Positions 1 to 9,700 of a stretch of DNA of 27,155 bases are shown here, piece by piece. The position numbers and the translations under genes are program-made. How positions within the stretch are numbered: position 1 is the first letter of the stretch; each line of letters starts with the position of its first letter. The notes below the pieces were generated by a model, which was given only the letters and a program-made list of their open reading frames with translations, was not told the origin of the DNA and made no database searches. Source of the DNA: Gemmatimonadota bacterium (GTDB taxonomy: Bacteria; Gemmatimonadota; Gemmatimonadetes; Gemmatimonadales; Gemmatimonadaceae); assembly GCA_031372565.1 (NCBI GenBank), contig JANMLN010000174.1, positions 1 to 27,155 on the forward strand. Direction: 5' to 3'.

Positions 1-1385
1 AACTCGCGGAACAGCCGGCCGAGAATGCCGCCCATGAAGAGCAGCGGGATGAAGACCGCCGCGAGCGAGATCGTCATCGAGAGCACGGTGAAGCCGATCT
101 CGCGCGAGCCGTCGAGCGACGCCTGCAGCGGCGTCTTGCCCATCTCGAGGTGGCGCACGATGTTCTCGAGCACGACGATGGCGTCGTCCACCACGAAGCC
201 CACGGCCAGCGTGAGCGCCATCAGCGACAGGTTGTCGAGCGAGTAGTTGAGCGCGTACATCACGCAGAACGTGCCCACGAGCGAAATCGGCAGCGCAAGG
301 CTCGGGATGATCGTCGCCGGCACGTTGCGCAGGAACACGAAGATCACGAGGACCACGAGCACCACCGTGAGCACGAGCGTGAACTTCACGTCGTGCACCG
401 ACTCGCGGATGGACTCGGAGCGGTCGATGTGGATGTCGAGCTCGACCGATCCCGGGAGGTCCTTGCGAAGCCGCTCCACCATGGCCTTCACGTCGTCGGC
501 CACCTGCACCGTGTTCGATCCCGGCTGCCGTTGCACGGCAAGGGTGATCGAGCGCGTGCCGTTGAACCAGGACGCGGCGCGGATGTTCTGCACCGAATCG
601 ACCACGCGCCCCAGATCGGAGAGGCGCACGGGGGCGCCATTCCGGTAGGCCACGGTCAATTGGCCGAACGCGGTGGCGTTCTTCAGCTGCCCGTCGGTCT
701 GGACGGTGTAGGCACGGTTCGGCCCCCACAGCACCCCCGATGGCAGGTTCACGTTCTCGCGTCCCACGGCGCCGGCCACTTCGTGGATGCCGATGCCGCG
801 GCGCGCCAGCTCGCGCGGGTCGAGCTGGATGCGTACCGCGTACTTCTGCGAACCATACACGCTCACCTGCGCGACCCCCGATACCGTGGAGATCCGCTGT
901 GCGAGGTTGGTCTGCGCGAGCTCGTCCAGCGCCGAGAGGGGCAGCACCTTGGACGTGAGCACGTAGTACAGGATCGGCTGGTCGGCCGGATTCGACTTGC
1001 TGTAGGACGGCGGCAGGATGTCCTGCGGCAGCTGGCGCTGCGTCTGTGCGATCGCGGCCTGCACGTCCTGCGCGGCGCCGTCGATGTCGCGGTCGAGCGA
1101 GAATTGCAGCGTGATGCTCGTCGAGCCGAGGCCGCTCGAGCTCGACATGTTGTCGATGCCGGCGATCGTCGAGAACTGCTTCTCGAGCGGTGTCGCGACG
1201 GCCGCCGCCATCGTTTCCGGGCTCGCGCCGGGGAGGTTCGCGCTGACCGAGATGGTCGGGAAGTCGATCGTCGGCAGGTCGTTGACGGGCAAGCGCTCGT
1301 AGGCGGCCACACCGAACACGACGATGCCGGTCATGACCAGCGTGGTCATGACCGGTCGACGGATGAAGGCCTCGGAGATGCTCAC
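1..1385 (-). CDS. RND efflux permease, AcrB/MdtB/MdtC family (3' part runs off the window)
   Basis: Not in the ORF track because it is open at the edge. Manual translation from GTG 1385 gives MSISEAFIRRPVMTTLVMTGIVVFGVAAYERLPVNDLPTIDFPTISVSANLPGASPETMAAAVATPLEKQFSTIAG..., TM4 motif GFVVDDAIVVLEN, and ends ...GGILGRLFRE. GTGA overlap with the upstream adaptor stop. Confidence 0.95.
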   Translation of the reverse strand, partial: MSISEAFIRRPVMTTLVMTGIVVFGVAAYERLPVNDLPTIDFPTISVSANLPGASPETMAAAVATPLEKQFSTIAGIDNMSSSSGLGSTSITLQFSLDRDIDGAAQDVQAAIAQTQRQLPQDILPPSYSKSNPADQPILYYVLTSKVLPLSALDELAQTNLAQRISTVSGVAQVSVYGSQKYAVRIQLDPRELARRGIGIHEVAGAVGRENVNLPSGVLWGPNRAYTVQTDGQLKNATAFGQLTVAYRNGAPVRLSDLGRVVDSVQNIRAASWFNGTRSITLAVQRQPGSNTVQVADDVKAMVERLRKDLPGSVELDIHIDRSESIRESVHDVKFTLVLTVVLVVLVIFVFLRNVPATIIPSLALPISLVGTFCVMYALNYSLDNLSLMALTLAVGFVVDDAIVVLENIVRHLEMGKTPLQASLDGSREIGFTVLSMTISLAAVFIPLLFMGGILGRLFRE

Positions 1386-2608
1386 GGGCCAGCCTTGCTC
1401 GCGGCCGCCGGCTTGGGCGACGGTGGATGTGTCGTGTCGGGTGCGACCGGATCGCGCGACTCTCCGCCGCGTCCCTTCGCCCCGTCACCCGGTGCCGTTC
1501 CGGCCGGACTCGACGCCGCCACGCCGCGGCGCACGTCGACCTGCGCACCCGGTGAGAGGCGCGAGTGCCCGTCGGTGACCACCTCCTCACCCGGCTCGAC
1601 GCCCTTCGCGATGATCACGCCACCTGCGGTGGTGCGCCCCACCGTGACGGAGCGGATCTGCGCCTTGCCGTCCTTGATCATGACCACGTACGTGCCGACC
1701 TGGCCGGTCTGCACCGCCTCGGCGGGCACGACCGTCGCGTCTTCGTCGACGTAGAGCTCGAGCGAGACCGTCACGAACTGCCCCGGCCAGAGCTCGCCGT
1801 TGGTGTTCTCGAAGTGCGCCTTGAGCACGACCGATCCGGTCAGCGTGTCGACCGCGTTGTCGATGAAGGTGAGCTTCCCTTCGAGGGGCGTTCCGCGGCC
1901 GTCCTTCGACTGCGCGCGGACGATCAGCTCCTTGCCGCGCGAGCGCCGCAGGATTTCGGGGAACTCGCGCTCCGGCACCGGAAAGCGCACCGCGATCGGG
2001 CGCAGCTGGTTGATGACCACGAGAGGTGCAACGCCCAGCGCGCGCACCAGGTTGCCCTGCTTCACGAGCAAGGACCCGGTGCGCCCGGACAGTGGCGCGC
2101 GGATCGTCGCATAATCGAGGTTGAGTTGTGTCACCTCGACTTGCGCCTTGTCTGCCTGCACCGTGGCGGCCAACGCGCGGGCATTGGCCGTGAACTGCTC
2201 GGCATCAGCTTCGGTGACCGAGCGATCCTTCACGAGCGTCGCATACCGCTCCGCCTGGCGCCGCGCATTCTCGAGCTGCGCCTGATCCTTGGCCAGCGTT
2301 GCCTCGGTCGCGTCGAGCGCGGCGCGGAAGGGGCGGGGGTCGATCTGGAAGAGCACCTGCCCCGCCTTCACCTCGTCGCCCTCGCGGAAGTTGACCCGCT
2401 GCAGGACGCCGGAGACCTGTGAGTTGATGCCGACCGACTGCATCGGCTCAACGACGCCGTTGGCCACCAGCGTGTAGGGCGCCGGGCGGGACTCCGCCTT
2501 GGCAACTGTCACGGGGACATTGGGCCGGACTTCCTTCTTCTCTTCGGCGCAGGCCGACACGAGGACAAGGGCGGCGACCAGCCGTGAAACATCGACGAAA
2601 CGGAGCAC
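1382..2608 (-). CDS. RND periplasmic adaptor (MdtA-like membrane fusion lipoprotein)
   Basis: Lipobox-like LVSAC. MFP motifs SQVSGVLQRVNFREGDEVKAGQVLFQIDPRPF, LDYATIRAPLSGRTG, FIDNAVDTLTGSV, LWPGQFV. Start uncertain (GTG 2608 or GTG 2653); the ORF-track start at 2770 overlaps mutY. Confidence 0.92.
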   Translation of the reverse strand: MLRFVDVSRLVAALVLVSACAEEKKEVRPNVPVTVAKAESRPAPYTLVANGVVEPMQSVGINSQVSGVLQRVNFREGDEVKAGQVLFQIDPRPFRAALDATEATLAKDQAQLENARRQAERYATLVKDRSVTEADAEQFTANARALAATVQADKAQVEVTQLNLDYATIRAPLSGRTGSLLVKQGNLVRALGVAPLVVINQLRPIAVRFPVPEREFPEILRRSRGKELIVRAQSKDGRGTPLEGKLTFIDNAVDTLTGSVVLKAHFENTNGELWPGQFVTVSLELYVDEDATVVPAEAVQTGQVGTYVVMIKDGKAQIRSVTVGRTTAGGVIIAKGVEPGEEVVTDGHSRLSPGAQVDVRRGVAASSPAGTAPGDGAKGRGGESRDPVAPDTTHPPSPKPAAASKAGP

Positions 2609-2672
2609 GCGAGAAGCAAAAGGGCGAGAGAGAGAACGACGCCCGGAGAACACCGAGCCACCAGTGCAGAAG

Positions 2673-3461
2673 TTACGCCCTGCTTTGGCCCAGCGTTGCA
2701 CGTTCCTTGCGGTCCCCAGCTGTGGCACGGCGCCCGGTCTCGCAGCTGGCCCGAACCGGGCATCGCTCACAATGCGCCACCCGCGCCGTACACACCAGCG
2801 CGCCGAGCTCCATCAGTGCCTGGTTGTGCGTCCATGTCGCGGCCCCGGTACGAGGCAGGAGTTCCTCCGCCAGCGCCCAGAGCAACCGGTGCGTGCGCGG
2901 CGCCTTGGGGGTGAGCCGCGGAGCGAAGACCCGACGCAGCACGCGCTCGACGTTGGTGTCGATCAGTGCCGCGCGCCGTTCGAAGGCGAAGCTGGCGACC
3001 GCGCCCGCCGTGTAGGGGCCCACACCTGGCAGTGCCCGAAGCGCCACGGGCTCCGATGGCAGCACCGCTGGCGATCCCTCGGCCACCACCTGCACAGCCA
3101 GCGCCTGCAGGTTGCGCGCGCGCGCGTAGTACCCGAGCCCCGACCACGCCTCCATCACATGTGCGGGCCGCGCGGCGGCCACCGCCTCCAGCGACGGAAA
3201 GCGGTCCAGAAAGCGCTCGTAGTAGCCGACGACGCGATCCACCTGCGTCTGCTGGAGCATCAACTCGGACACCAGCACGCGGTACGGGTCGCGTGTGTGG
3301 CGCCACGGGAGATCGCGCCGAGCGCGGGCGAACCAGGCGCGCAGCTTGCGGGAGAACTCACGTCGGCGCTCGGGGGTCACACGGGCGATCAGACGCGCTT
3401 CGTCGGGTTTGCGCGACGGTTTGGCCGACCGCTTGGGTGGCGATTTGCGAGGGGGGGACAT
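2673..3461 (-). CDS. mutY: A/G-specific adenine glycosylase, catalytic domain only (262 aa)
   Basis: LPWR..DPYRVLVSELMLQQTQV, WSGLGYYARARNL, HhH LPGVGPYTAGA, DTNVERV, NQALMELGALVC and [4Fe-4S] motif C-x6-C-x2-C-x5-C. Confidence 0.95.
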   Translation of the reverse strand: MSPPRKSPPKRSAKPSRKPDEARLIARVTPERRREFSRKLRAWFARARRDLPWRHTRDPYRVLVSELMLQQTQVDRVVGYYERFLDRFPSLEAVAAARPAHVMEAWSGLGYYARARNLQALAVQVVAEGSPAVLPSEPVALRALPGVGPYTAGAVASFAFERRAALIDTNVERVLRRVFAPRLTPKAPRTHRLLWALAEELLPRTGAATWTHNQALMELGALVCTARVAHCERCPVRASCETGRRATAGDRKERATLGQSRA

Positions 3462-3498
3462 CGGCTGCGGAAGATACCGACCCCTCGCGCCCGTCGGA

Positions 3499-4188
3499 CT
3501 ACCCCACGACCGGCCCGAACTCGCGCTCGAGGGGCTCGAAGTAGCGGACCATGACGTGCTGCAGCTCGTCGAGCACCACCGGCCGCTCGGTCGGATTGAC
3601 GCGCATCGACAGGTCGATGCAGCCGTCGACGGTCTGGAAGCACACCTTGGTGACCGTCTCGAGTCGCGCCTTGGACAAGCGGGGCAGCCGTACCTCGATG
3701 TAGCGCCGGATCTGGTTCAGGATCGCGTCCTCGTAATCGGCGAACTCCCCGGTCGGAGAACAGTGCAGGCGGATCATGACATCGTGCACGGCGGGAAAGG
3801 CCGGCGTGGCTGCGATGAAGTCCGCCATGCCCATCACGACACTGTGAAACAGGTCCTGCAGCGGCACACGCGCCATGCCGACGTCGAGTGCCTGCGCATT
3901 GAGCGCCCGCATGTGCTCCATGTAGCGCCGACCGAGTGCCTCGATCACCGCCTCCTTGCCGCCGGGAAAGAAGTGGTAGAGCGAGCCCATCGACGAGCCC
4001 GCACGCTCGGCGATCGAGTTCGTGGTCACCCCCGCGATTCCCAGTTCCGCGATCAGCGACTCCGCCGCATCGAGGATCTGATCCACTCGCTTCTGGCCAC
4101 GGGGCTGCTGCGGCGGCCGTGGGGCCTTGGCAGCGCCGCCGTCCTCGATGGGATCGGCCGATTGGGAAGGCAGGACGGTGTCGGTCAT
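3499..4188 (-). CDS. TetR/AcrR family transcriptional regulator
   Basis: N-terminal HTH QILDAAESLIAELGIAGVTTNSIAERAGSSMGSLYHFFPGGKEA; divergent from an efflux operon. Confidence 0.95.
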   Translation of the reverse strand: MTDTVLPSQSADPIEDGGAAKAPRPPQQPRGQKRVDQILDAAESLIAELGIAGVTTNSIAERAGSSMGSLYHFFPGGKEAVIEALGRRYMEHMRALNAQALDVGMARVPLQDLFHSVVMGMADFIAATPAFPAVHDVMIRLHCSPTGEFADYEDAILNQIRRYIEVRLPRLSKARLETVTKVCFQTVDGCIDLSMRVNPTERPVVLDELQHVMVRYFEPLEREFGPVVG

Positions 4189-4194
4189 GTGTGT

Positions 4195-4223
4195 ATAATA
4201 GATACAAAGACTAGTATTGACAA
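4195..4223 (-). promoter_or_regulatory. sigma70-type promoter of tetR, probably leaderless
   Basis: Minus strand TTGTCA (4223-4218), 17 bp, TATTAT (4200-4195), then 6 nt to ATG 4188; no Shine-Dalgarno. Confidence 0.7.
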
Positions 4224-4244
4224 CTAGAGAAGCTATTCTAGTAT
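4217..4244 (+). promoter_or_regulatory. sigma70-type promoter of the TolC-adaptor-RND operon
   Basis: Perfect TTGACA (4217-4222), 16 bp, TAGTAT (4239-4244), in an AT-rich island ~40 bp upstream of ATG 4283. Confidence 0.7.
4223..4242. promoter_or_regulatory. Putative TetR operator O1
   Basis: Palindrome ACTAGA-gaagctat-TCTAGT filling the -35/-10 spacer of the efflux promoter. Confidence 0.75.
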
Positions 4245-4251
4245 TAGTCCA

Positions 4252-4271
4252 ACTAGAGCAAACCCTCTAGA
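4252..4271. promoter_or_regulatory. Putative TetR operator O2
   Basis: Palindrome aCTAGAG-caaacc-CTCTAGa with the same CTAGA-N8-TCTAG geometry as O1, just downstream of the predicted transcription start. Confidence 0.75.
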
Positions 4272-4282
4272 AACAACGGACT

Positions 4283-5644
4283 ATGACCAGCCTGAATCGA
4301 ACCTCCCAACTGCTCTACGGCCTGACCGCCCTTTTCGTGGCGGCACAGCCCGCCACCGCCCAGTCCACGCTCGATGACCTGGTTGCGGCCGGGCTCAAGC
4401 AAAACCTCGGACTGCGGCAGGAGCGCTTGGCCTTCGACCGCAGCGAGGCGGCCGTGGACGAGGCGCGCGGACGGTACCTGCCCAGCGCCGCACTCAGTGC
4501 ACGGTACACCCGAGTCGATGGAAACGTGCTGAATATCGGGTCGCTCATCAACCCGGCCTACGGTGCGCTCAATCGACTGACCAGCAGCAACGCCTTTCCG
4601 ACGAACGTCGATGTCCGGCTTCCGCTGACGCAGGAAACGTCGGTGCGCGTGGCGCAGCCGATCTTCCAGCCGGCCGTCGTGGCGGCGCATCGCATTGCGT
4701 CGCGGCTCCGGGACGCACAGGGCGCCCAGCGTGACGCGGCCGTTCGCGAGACGGCGATGCGGCTGCGCGTTGGCTACCTGCAGCTGGCCATGGCGCGCAA
4801 GGCGCTCGAAATCTGGGACGCCACGCTGGTCGTCGTGACCGAACAGGTCCGCGTGACCGAGGCGCTGGCGGCGCAGGGCAAGGTGGCGCCCGACGCGGTG
4901 TTCCGCGCCCGCGCCGAGCGAAGCGACGTTGAGCAGCGTCGCTCGGCGGCGGCTGAAGACGCCGAGGCGGCGCGTCGGGCACTCAACTTCCTGCTCGATC
5001 GCCCGCTCGAGGCGCCCATCGCCGTCATCGACGACGCCGCGCTCGGGATCGCCGACCTGCCGTCGCTCGACGTGACGCTGTCATCCGCTCGCGCCGGCCG
5101 CGAGGAGCTGCGTCAGCTCGAGTGGTCACGGCAGGCCGCTGACGGCGCACGGCAGCTGGCGATGGGCAACTTCCTCCCGACGGTCAGCGTGGCCGTCGAC
5201 TACGGCATCCAGGGTAACAAGTACGACTTCCGCGGCAGCAACACGTACACCAACGCGTCGGTCGTCGCCAGCTGGAACCTGTTCAACGGCATGCAGGACG
5301 CCGCGAAGGTGTCGCAGGCCAGTCTCGATGAGCGCCGCCTGGCGGCGCAAGGCGAGCAAGCGGCCAACGGCATCAACCTCGAAGTGCGGCAGGCGTGGGC
5401 CGCCGTCGACCTCGCGCGTCGCGCCATCACGAGCGCCGGCGATCGCGTCGCCTCGGCGCGCAAGTCGTACGAGCTCGTCGAGAAGCGCTATGCGCAGGGG
5501 ATGGCGCCCATGCTCGAGGTGCTCGACGCACGCAATGCGCTGACCAGCGCATCACTCAACCGCATTCTCACCGAGACCGACTACCGCGTGCGCCGCGTCC
5601 AGCTGGACCGTGCCGCTGCGCTCTACCCGAGGACCCTCCCGTGA
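4283..5644 (+). CDS. TolC family outer membrane efflux protein
   Basis: Signal peptide (…AAQPATAQ); two OEP repeats (ARGRYLPSAALSA…QPIF; GNFLPTVSVA…WNLFNG); C-terminal RYAQGMAPMLEVLDARNAL. Confidence 0.93.
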   Translation: MTSLNRTSQLLYGLTALFVAAQPATAQSTLDDLVAAGLKQNLGLRQERLAFDRSEAAVDEARGRYLPSAALSARYTRVDGNVLNIGSLINPAYGALNRLTSSNAFPTNVDVRLPLTQETSVRVAQPIFQPAVVAAHRIASRLRDAQGAQRDAAVRETAMRLRVGYLQLAMARKALEIWDATLVVVTEQVRVTEALAAQGKVAPDAVFRARAERSDVEQRRSAAAEDAEAARRALNFLLDRPLEAPIAVIDDAALGIADLPSLDVTLSSARAGREELRQLEWSRQAADGARQLAMGNFLPTVSVAVDYGIQGNKYDFRGSNTYTNASVVASWNLFNGMQDAAKVSQASLDERRLAAQGEQAANGINLEVRQAWAAVDLARRAITSAGDRVASARKSYELVEKRYAQGMAPMLEVLDARNALTSASLNRILTETDYRVRRVQLDRAAALYPRTLP

Positions 5645-6708
5645 TCCCGCGCCCGCTGCCGTTTCTCTCCGTATTCACTCTGGGCGCGGCGCTGGCTGCG
5701 TGCGCGGTTGGCGACGCCGCTCCCCGCACGGCCGACCCGGCCACTCCCGTGGAAGTGGCCGTTGCGCAGGAACGCGCGGCCGCCGCACCGGTCCTCGGCT
5801 CCGGAATGTTGAGCGCGAAGGAAGAGGTGATGCTGTCGTTCAAGATCGGCGGCGTGGTCGAGAAGGCCCGCGTCGAGAGTGGGCAGCACGTTGTGGCCGG
5901 CGAAGTGCTGGCCGAGCTGTCGCCGACGGAGATCGGCGCCGAAGTCGACAAGGCGCGGCAGGGGCGCGACAAGTCGGCCCGCGACCTGGAGCGCGTGAAG
6001 TCGCTGTACCGTGATTCCGTGGCGACGCTCGAGCAGCTGCAGGACGCGACGACCGGCCTCGACGTGGCGACGTCGAACCTCCGGATCGCGGAGTTCAACC
6101 GCCAGTACGCGGTCATCCGTGCGCCGTTCGCCGGCACGGTGCTCCGGCGCACGGTCGAGGCGCATCAACTCGTGTCGCCCGGTCAGCCGGTGGTCGCGCT
6201 GCGCAACGATGCCTCGGGACTCGTGCTCCGCGTGGGGCTGCCCGATCGCGAAGCGGTGCGCGTGACCGCGGGAGATCGGGCCACCGTGCGCTTCGACGCC
6301 TATCCGGGGACGCAGTTCGCCGGTCGCGTGCTTCGGGTGGCCGCGGCCGCGACAGCAGGGACCGGTACCTACGAGGCCGAGCTCTCCGTGTTGCCCGGAA
6401 CGCACACGATCGCGTCGGGGCTGATCGGAAGCGCCGAGATCGAGGTACGTGCCGCGGGGCGGTTCGCCTTTGTTCCCGTGGGTGCGCTCCTCGAGGCCGA
6501 CGCCGATTCCGCGACCGTGTTCGTGCTCTCGGCGGACGGTGCGCGCGCCGAGCGGCGCCGCGCCCGCGTCGCGTTTCTCGACGGGTCGCTGGTCGCGCTC
6601 TCGGGCGGCGTCGTGGCGGAGGACCGCGTGGTGGTCGAAGGCGCCACGCGCCTGGTCGATGGCGCGGCCGTGCGCGTGCTGAGCGCTGCCGAACGCAAGG
6701 CGAGGTAA
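5641..6708 (+). CDS. RND periplasmic adaptor (membrane fusion lipoprotein)
   Basis: GTG 5641 overlaps the TolC stop (GTGA); lipobox LAAC; LSFKIGGVVEKARVESGQHVVAGEVLAEL and YAVIRAPFAGTV. Confidence 0.93.
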   Translation: MIPRPLPFLSVFTLGAALAACAVGDAAPRTADPATPVEVAVAQERAAAAPVLGSGMLSAKEEVMLSFKIGGVVEKARVESGQHVVAGEVLAELSPTEIGAEVDKARQGRDKSARDLERVKSLYRDSVATLEQLQDATTGLDVATSNLRIAEFNRQYAVIRAPFAGTVLRRTVEAHQLVSPGQPVVALRNDASGLVLRVGLPDREAVRVTAGDRATVRFDAYPGTQFAGRVLRVAAAATAGTGTYEAELSVLPGTHTIASGLIGSAEIEVRAAGRFAFVPVGALLEADADSATVFVLSADGARAERRRARVAFLDGSLVALSGGVVAEDRVVVEGATRLVDGAAVRVLSAAERKAR

Positions 6709-6715
6709 TCGCGTC

Positions 6716-9700
6716 ATGAAGATCGCCGAATTCTCCGTCAAGAACGTCCAGTTCACGATCGTCGCGTTCGTCGCGCTCCTGGCGGCCGGGGCGTGGTCGC
6801 TGGTCACGATTCCACGCGCTGAAGATCCGACCTTTCCGTTTCCCATCTTCCCGATCGTGGTCGTGTATCCCGGGGCGAGCCCCACCGATATCGAGCAACT
6901 GGTGGTCGATCCGATCGAGAAGCGGGTCCGCGGGCTCGACGGGATCAAGAAGGTGCGCTCGCAGGTGGAGGATGGTCTGGCCTTCATCCGCGTCGAGTTC
7001 ACCTTCGATGTGGACCCGGACAAGAAGTACGACGAAGTGGTGCGCGAGGTGAACGCGCTGCGACCGGAGCTGCCGTCGGGCATCGTCCGGTTGACGGTGG
7101 ACAAGACGAGCGCGGCCGACGTGAACATCCTGCAGGCGGCGATCGTCTCTGAAACCGCGCCCTGGCACGAGATCGACGCACGCGCGCGCACCATGCGCGA
7201 TGCGCTCGAGCGGATTCCCGGGATCAAGAAGGCGGAGCTGTGGGGCTACCCGAAGCGCGAAGTCGAGGTGGCGCTGGACCTGGGCAAGCTCTCGGCGCTG
7301 CGCATTCCGGTCTCGCAGCTGTTGCAGGCGATCGGCGGCGAGGCGCTCAACATTCCCGGCGGCGCGGTCGACGCGGGGCTTCGCAAGTTCAACGTGAAGA
7401 CGAGCGGTTCGTACCGGTCGCCCGACGAAGTGCGCAACACGGTCATTGCGGGCGTGCCGGGGGCCTCGGTGCGCGTGGGCGATGTGGCGACCGTGCGCTG
7501 GTCGTACGCGGAACAGGTCGTGACGACGCGCCTGAACGGCAAGCGCGCCATCTGGGTGACGGCGATCATGAAGGACAAGGAGAGCATCCTTGCCGTGCGC
7601 GATGCGGCGTGGAAGGAGCTCGACGCGCAGGCCGCATTGCTGCCGGCATCGATGACGCTCAAGCACGGCTTCGACCAGGCCAGGAACGTGCAGGCGCGCC
7701 TGTCACGCCTGGGCGAGGACTTCCTGATCGCGATCCTGCTGGTGCTCATCACGCTGCTTCCGCTGGGCTGGCGCGCCTCGGTCATCGTCATGGTGTCGAT
7801 CCCCCTCTCGCTCGCCATCGGCGTGACGTTGCTCAAGGCGACCGGCTTCACGATCAACCAGATGTCGATCGTCGGCTTCGTGATCGCGCTGGGGTTGCTG
7901 GTCGACGACTCGATCGTGGTGGTCGAGAACATCAGCCGGTTCCTGCGCGAGGGCCGCTCGCGCACGGAGGCCGCCATCGAGGCGACACGCCAGATCGGCG
8001 TGGCGGTGATCGGCACGACGGCGACGCTCATCTTCGCCTTCGTTCCGCTGCTGATGCTCCCCGGCGGTCCCGGCAAGTTCATCCGCGTGATGCCGGCGGC
8101 GGTGGTCTTCACCATTCTCGCATCGTTGTTGGTCTCCCTCACGATCATTCCGTTCCTGTCGAGCATCGTGCTCAAGCGCGAGGAAGACCCGCACGGCAAT
8201 CGCGCCCTGCAGTGGCTCAACCGTGCCATCGACCTCACGTACGCGCGCTGGCTGCACGCGGCGCTGGCACGCCCGGCGCTGGTGCTCGGTGGCGCCGTGG
8301 CGCTCTTCGTGGGCTCGCTGGCGCTCATTCCCGCGATCGGGTTCTCGCTCTTTCCGAAGGCGGGTACGCCGCAGTTCCGCGTGACCGTGTCGGCGCCCGA
8401 GGGCGCGTCGCTGGCCGCGACGGAGCGGGCGGTGGCGGTCGCCGAGCGCGCGCTGCTGGCCAATCCGCACGTGACGCACGTGTACGCCAACATCGGCAAG
8501 GGCAATCCGCAGGTGTACTACAACATCTGGGCCAAGAACGAGCGCTCGAACGTGGGCGAACTGTTCGTGCTCCTCGACAAGTTCGACCCGATGCGCACGC
8601 CGCTCTGGTACGACTCGCTGCGCACGCAGTTCGAGCAGTACGCGGGCGCACGCATCGAGGTCAAGGAGTTCGAGAACGGCCCGCCCGTGGACGCGCCGAT
8701 CGCGATGCGCGTGCGCGGCACCAACCTCGACACGCTGCGCTCGCTCGCGTCGCGCCTCGAGGCCGAGATGGCGTCGGTGCAGGGCACGCGGTCGGTCGTG
8801 AACCCGGTGCGGGTCTCGCGCACGGACCTCAAGCTCGAGATCGACCGGGCCAAGGCGGGGCTGCTCGGCGTGCCGACCGCCGAGATCGATCGCACGGTAC
8901 GCCTGGCGCTGGCTGGCCTGCCGGCGGGCACGCTCCGGGCAGACGATGGCCAGGAGTACAACGTGGCGGTGCGCTTGCCGCGCGGTGCGCACGCGGAGCT
9001 CGGTGCACTCAAGCGGACCTTCGTGCCGAGTGTGACAGGAAGCCTCGTGCCGCTCGACCAGCTGGCCTCGATGCGCTTCGAGGCGTCGCCACCGGTGATC
9101 GAGCATGTGGACGGCGACCGGTCGGTCACCGTGACGAGCGATGTGGAGACGGGCTACAACACCGACCGGGTGACGCGCACGATTCTGGCGAAGCTCGCGA
9201 AGTGGGAGTTGCCGCGCGGGTATGCGCTGGTGGCGGCCGGCGAGATCGAGTCGAGGGAGGAGAGCTTTGGCGGGCTGGGCGCGGCGATTCTCATTGCCAC
9301 GTTCGGCATCCTGGCCATTCTCGTGCTCGAGTTCAAGACGTTCCGCGGCATGCTGATCGTGGCGTCGGTGATTCCGCTCGGTGTCGTCGTCGGGATCGCG
9401 GCGCTCTTCGTGGCGGGCTACTCGCTGTCGTTCACCGCGATCATCGGTTTCGTGGCGCTGATCGGCATCGAGATCAAGAACTCGATCCTGCTGGTCGACT
9501 TCACCAACCAGCTGCGCGTGGATGAGGGGCTGAGTCTCGACGAGGCGGTGGAAAAGGCGGGCAAGATCCGCTTCGTTCCGATCGTGCTGACGACGTTGAC
9601 CGCGATCGGCGGCCTGCTGCCGCTCGCGTTGCAGGGCTCGGCGCTCTACTCGCCGTTGGCATCGGTGATCATCGGCGGACTCATCAGCTCGACGATGCTC

